From: Candidatus Cloacimonadota bacterium
GTDB taxonomy: Bacteria; Hydrothermota; E44-bin80
Direction: 5' to 3'
Length of the DNA stretch: 45,378 nucleotides
NCBI GenBank assembly: GCA_030633565.1
Contig: DAOVSH010000003.1
Span: forward strand, 1 to 45,378
Shown piece after piece: positions 44,551-45,378 of the stretch. The first letter of the stretch is position 1. Every line of letters begins with the position of its first letter. A program made the position numbers and the translations under genes. The notes under the pieces were generated by a model. It saw nothing but the letters and a program-made list of their open reading frames with translations. It had not been told where the DNA came from and did no database searches.

Positions 44551-45378
44551 ATGAATTATTCACGGAAGGCTAAGATACTTTTATTTCTATCTGTTACTTT
44601 CTTTCTGTCTGTTACTATTAATATCCCTGCCCAGAAGATACAACAAATAATTAATGAAGGAATAGTTAAGGAGAAAGAGGGTAGGATAGACGAAGCAATA
44701 AAGGATTATAAAGAGTTTGTAGAGAAACATCCGGGCGATTTAGCTGTTACGATTCGATTGATGAATCTACTTCTCAGAGAAAAGAGGTATTCTGAGATTA
44801 TTTCTGTGTATTCAAATCTTACCCCGGAGATAAAAAAGAGAAGAGAAATTGCTGCAATGCTGACAAAAGCATATGTTTTTCTTGGAAAGAAAGAAGATGG
44901 TGTAAATGTTTTGAAAGGTGTAATATCAAAAGAAGGTGCTTCTGATGTCAGTTATTTATTTGCTGGTAATCTTATGCTCTCTTTAGGTTTAATTGAGGAA
45001 GCAAAGATGATTTTTCTTGAAGGGAAAAGGAGGTGGGGGGAGAAACGTTTCTCAAGAGAATTATATCTCTGTTATATGAACGGAGAGGAATACAGGGAGG
45101 CAATTAGGGAAATCTTTCTCTATTATGAATACAGAAAGGTATCGAAGGATTGGGTTAAAAGGGAGATAAAAAAATTACTTAAAAAGGATGAATCCTTGTA
45201 TCAAGAACTCGAAGAAGTGACAGGAGATAACCTGAATTCTAAACGACTGGTAGGAGAGATATTCCTGGAAATCGGAGATATTGTAAAAGCAAAAACCTAC
45301 TTTCTTCAAACGCTTGATGCTCCGTCATTGCTGGAATTTGCTTCTATATGTATAAAGAAAGGTTATTATCAAGAGACA
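44551..45378 (+). CDS. Exported TPR protein, 3'-truncated by the window (not in the ORF track)
   Basis: ATG directly after the upstream stop; MNYSRKAKILLFLSVTFFLSVTINIPA signal, then EGRIDEAIKDYKEFVEKHPGD TPR-like helices; no stop seen to the window end. Confidence 0.8.
   Translation, partial: MNYSRKAKILLFLSVTFFLSVTINIPAQKIQQIINEGIVKEKEGRIDEAIKDYKEFVEKHPGDLAVTIRLMNLLLREKRYSEIISVYSNLTPEIKKRREIAAMLTKAYVFLGKKEDGVNVLKGVISKEGASDVSYLFAGNLMLSLGLIEEAKMIFLEGKRRWGEKRFSRELYLCYMNGEEYREAIREIFLYYEYRKVSKDWVKREIKKLLKKDESLYQELEEVTGDNLNSKRLVGEIFLEIGDIVKAKTYFLQTLDAPSLLEFASICIKKGYYQET

Overview
Bacterial, AT-rich, gene-dense window from a diderm, probably anaerobic organism. The LPS genes, Por/FlgD-type C-terminal domains, TonB and very short hydrophobic N-termini suggest an FCB-related candidate lineage such as WOR-3 (inference). 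Left part (1-16.3 kb): end of an RND permease and a TPR protein carrying the soluble part of a DUF2723/TMEM260-like glycosyltransferase. These are followed by a co-oriented cluster: M28 peptidase with a T9SS/FlgD-type tail, two tandem DUF362 paralogs that each carry both a Tat signal and a T9SS-type tail, a lipoprotein, a third Tat-DUF362, a NapH/NapG-like membrane polyferredoxin, and a 1279-aa propeller plus SprA-like outer-membrane protein. This cluster is the best candidate for an undescribed system. Middle: CoA-dehydratase activase, LolA-like protein, an orphan microcompartment-type aldehyde dehydrogenase, a GT9 glycosyltransferase, a sigma54-driven two-pilin type IV pilus locus, tonB and lpxL-lptC-lptA-lptB-rpoN. 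A Y1 (HUH) transposase element bounded by perfect 31-bp inverted repeats sits between rpoN and xerC. Right part: NlpC/P60, a thioredoxin-system operon, rhomboid, a stand-alone dnaN, a Sua5-LMW phosphatase fusion and a partial TPR gene. Intergenic regions contain nested REP-like palindromes. I recognised no rRNA, tRNA or CRISPR array. All family calls come from motif recognition by eye, not from database searches.
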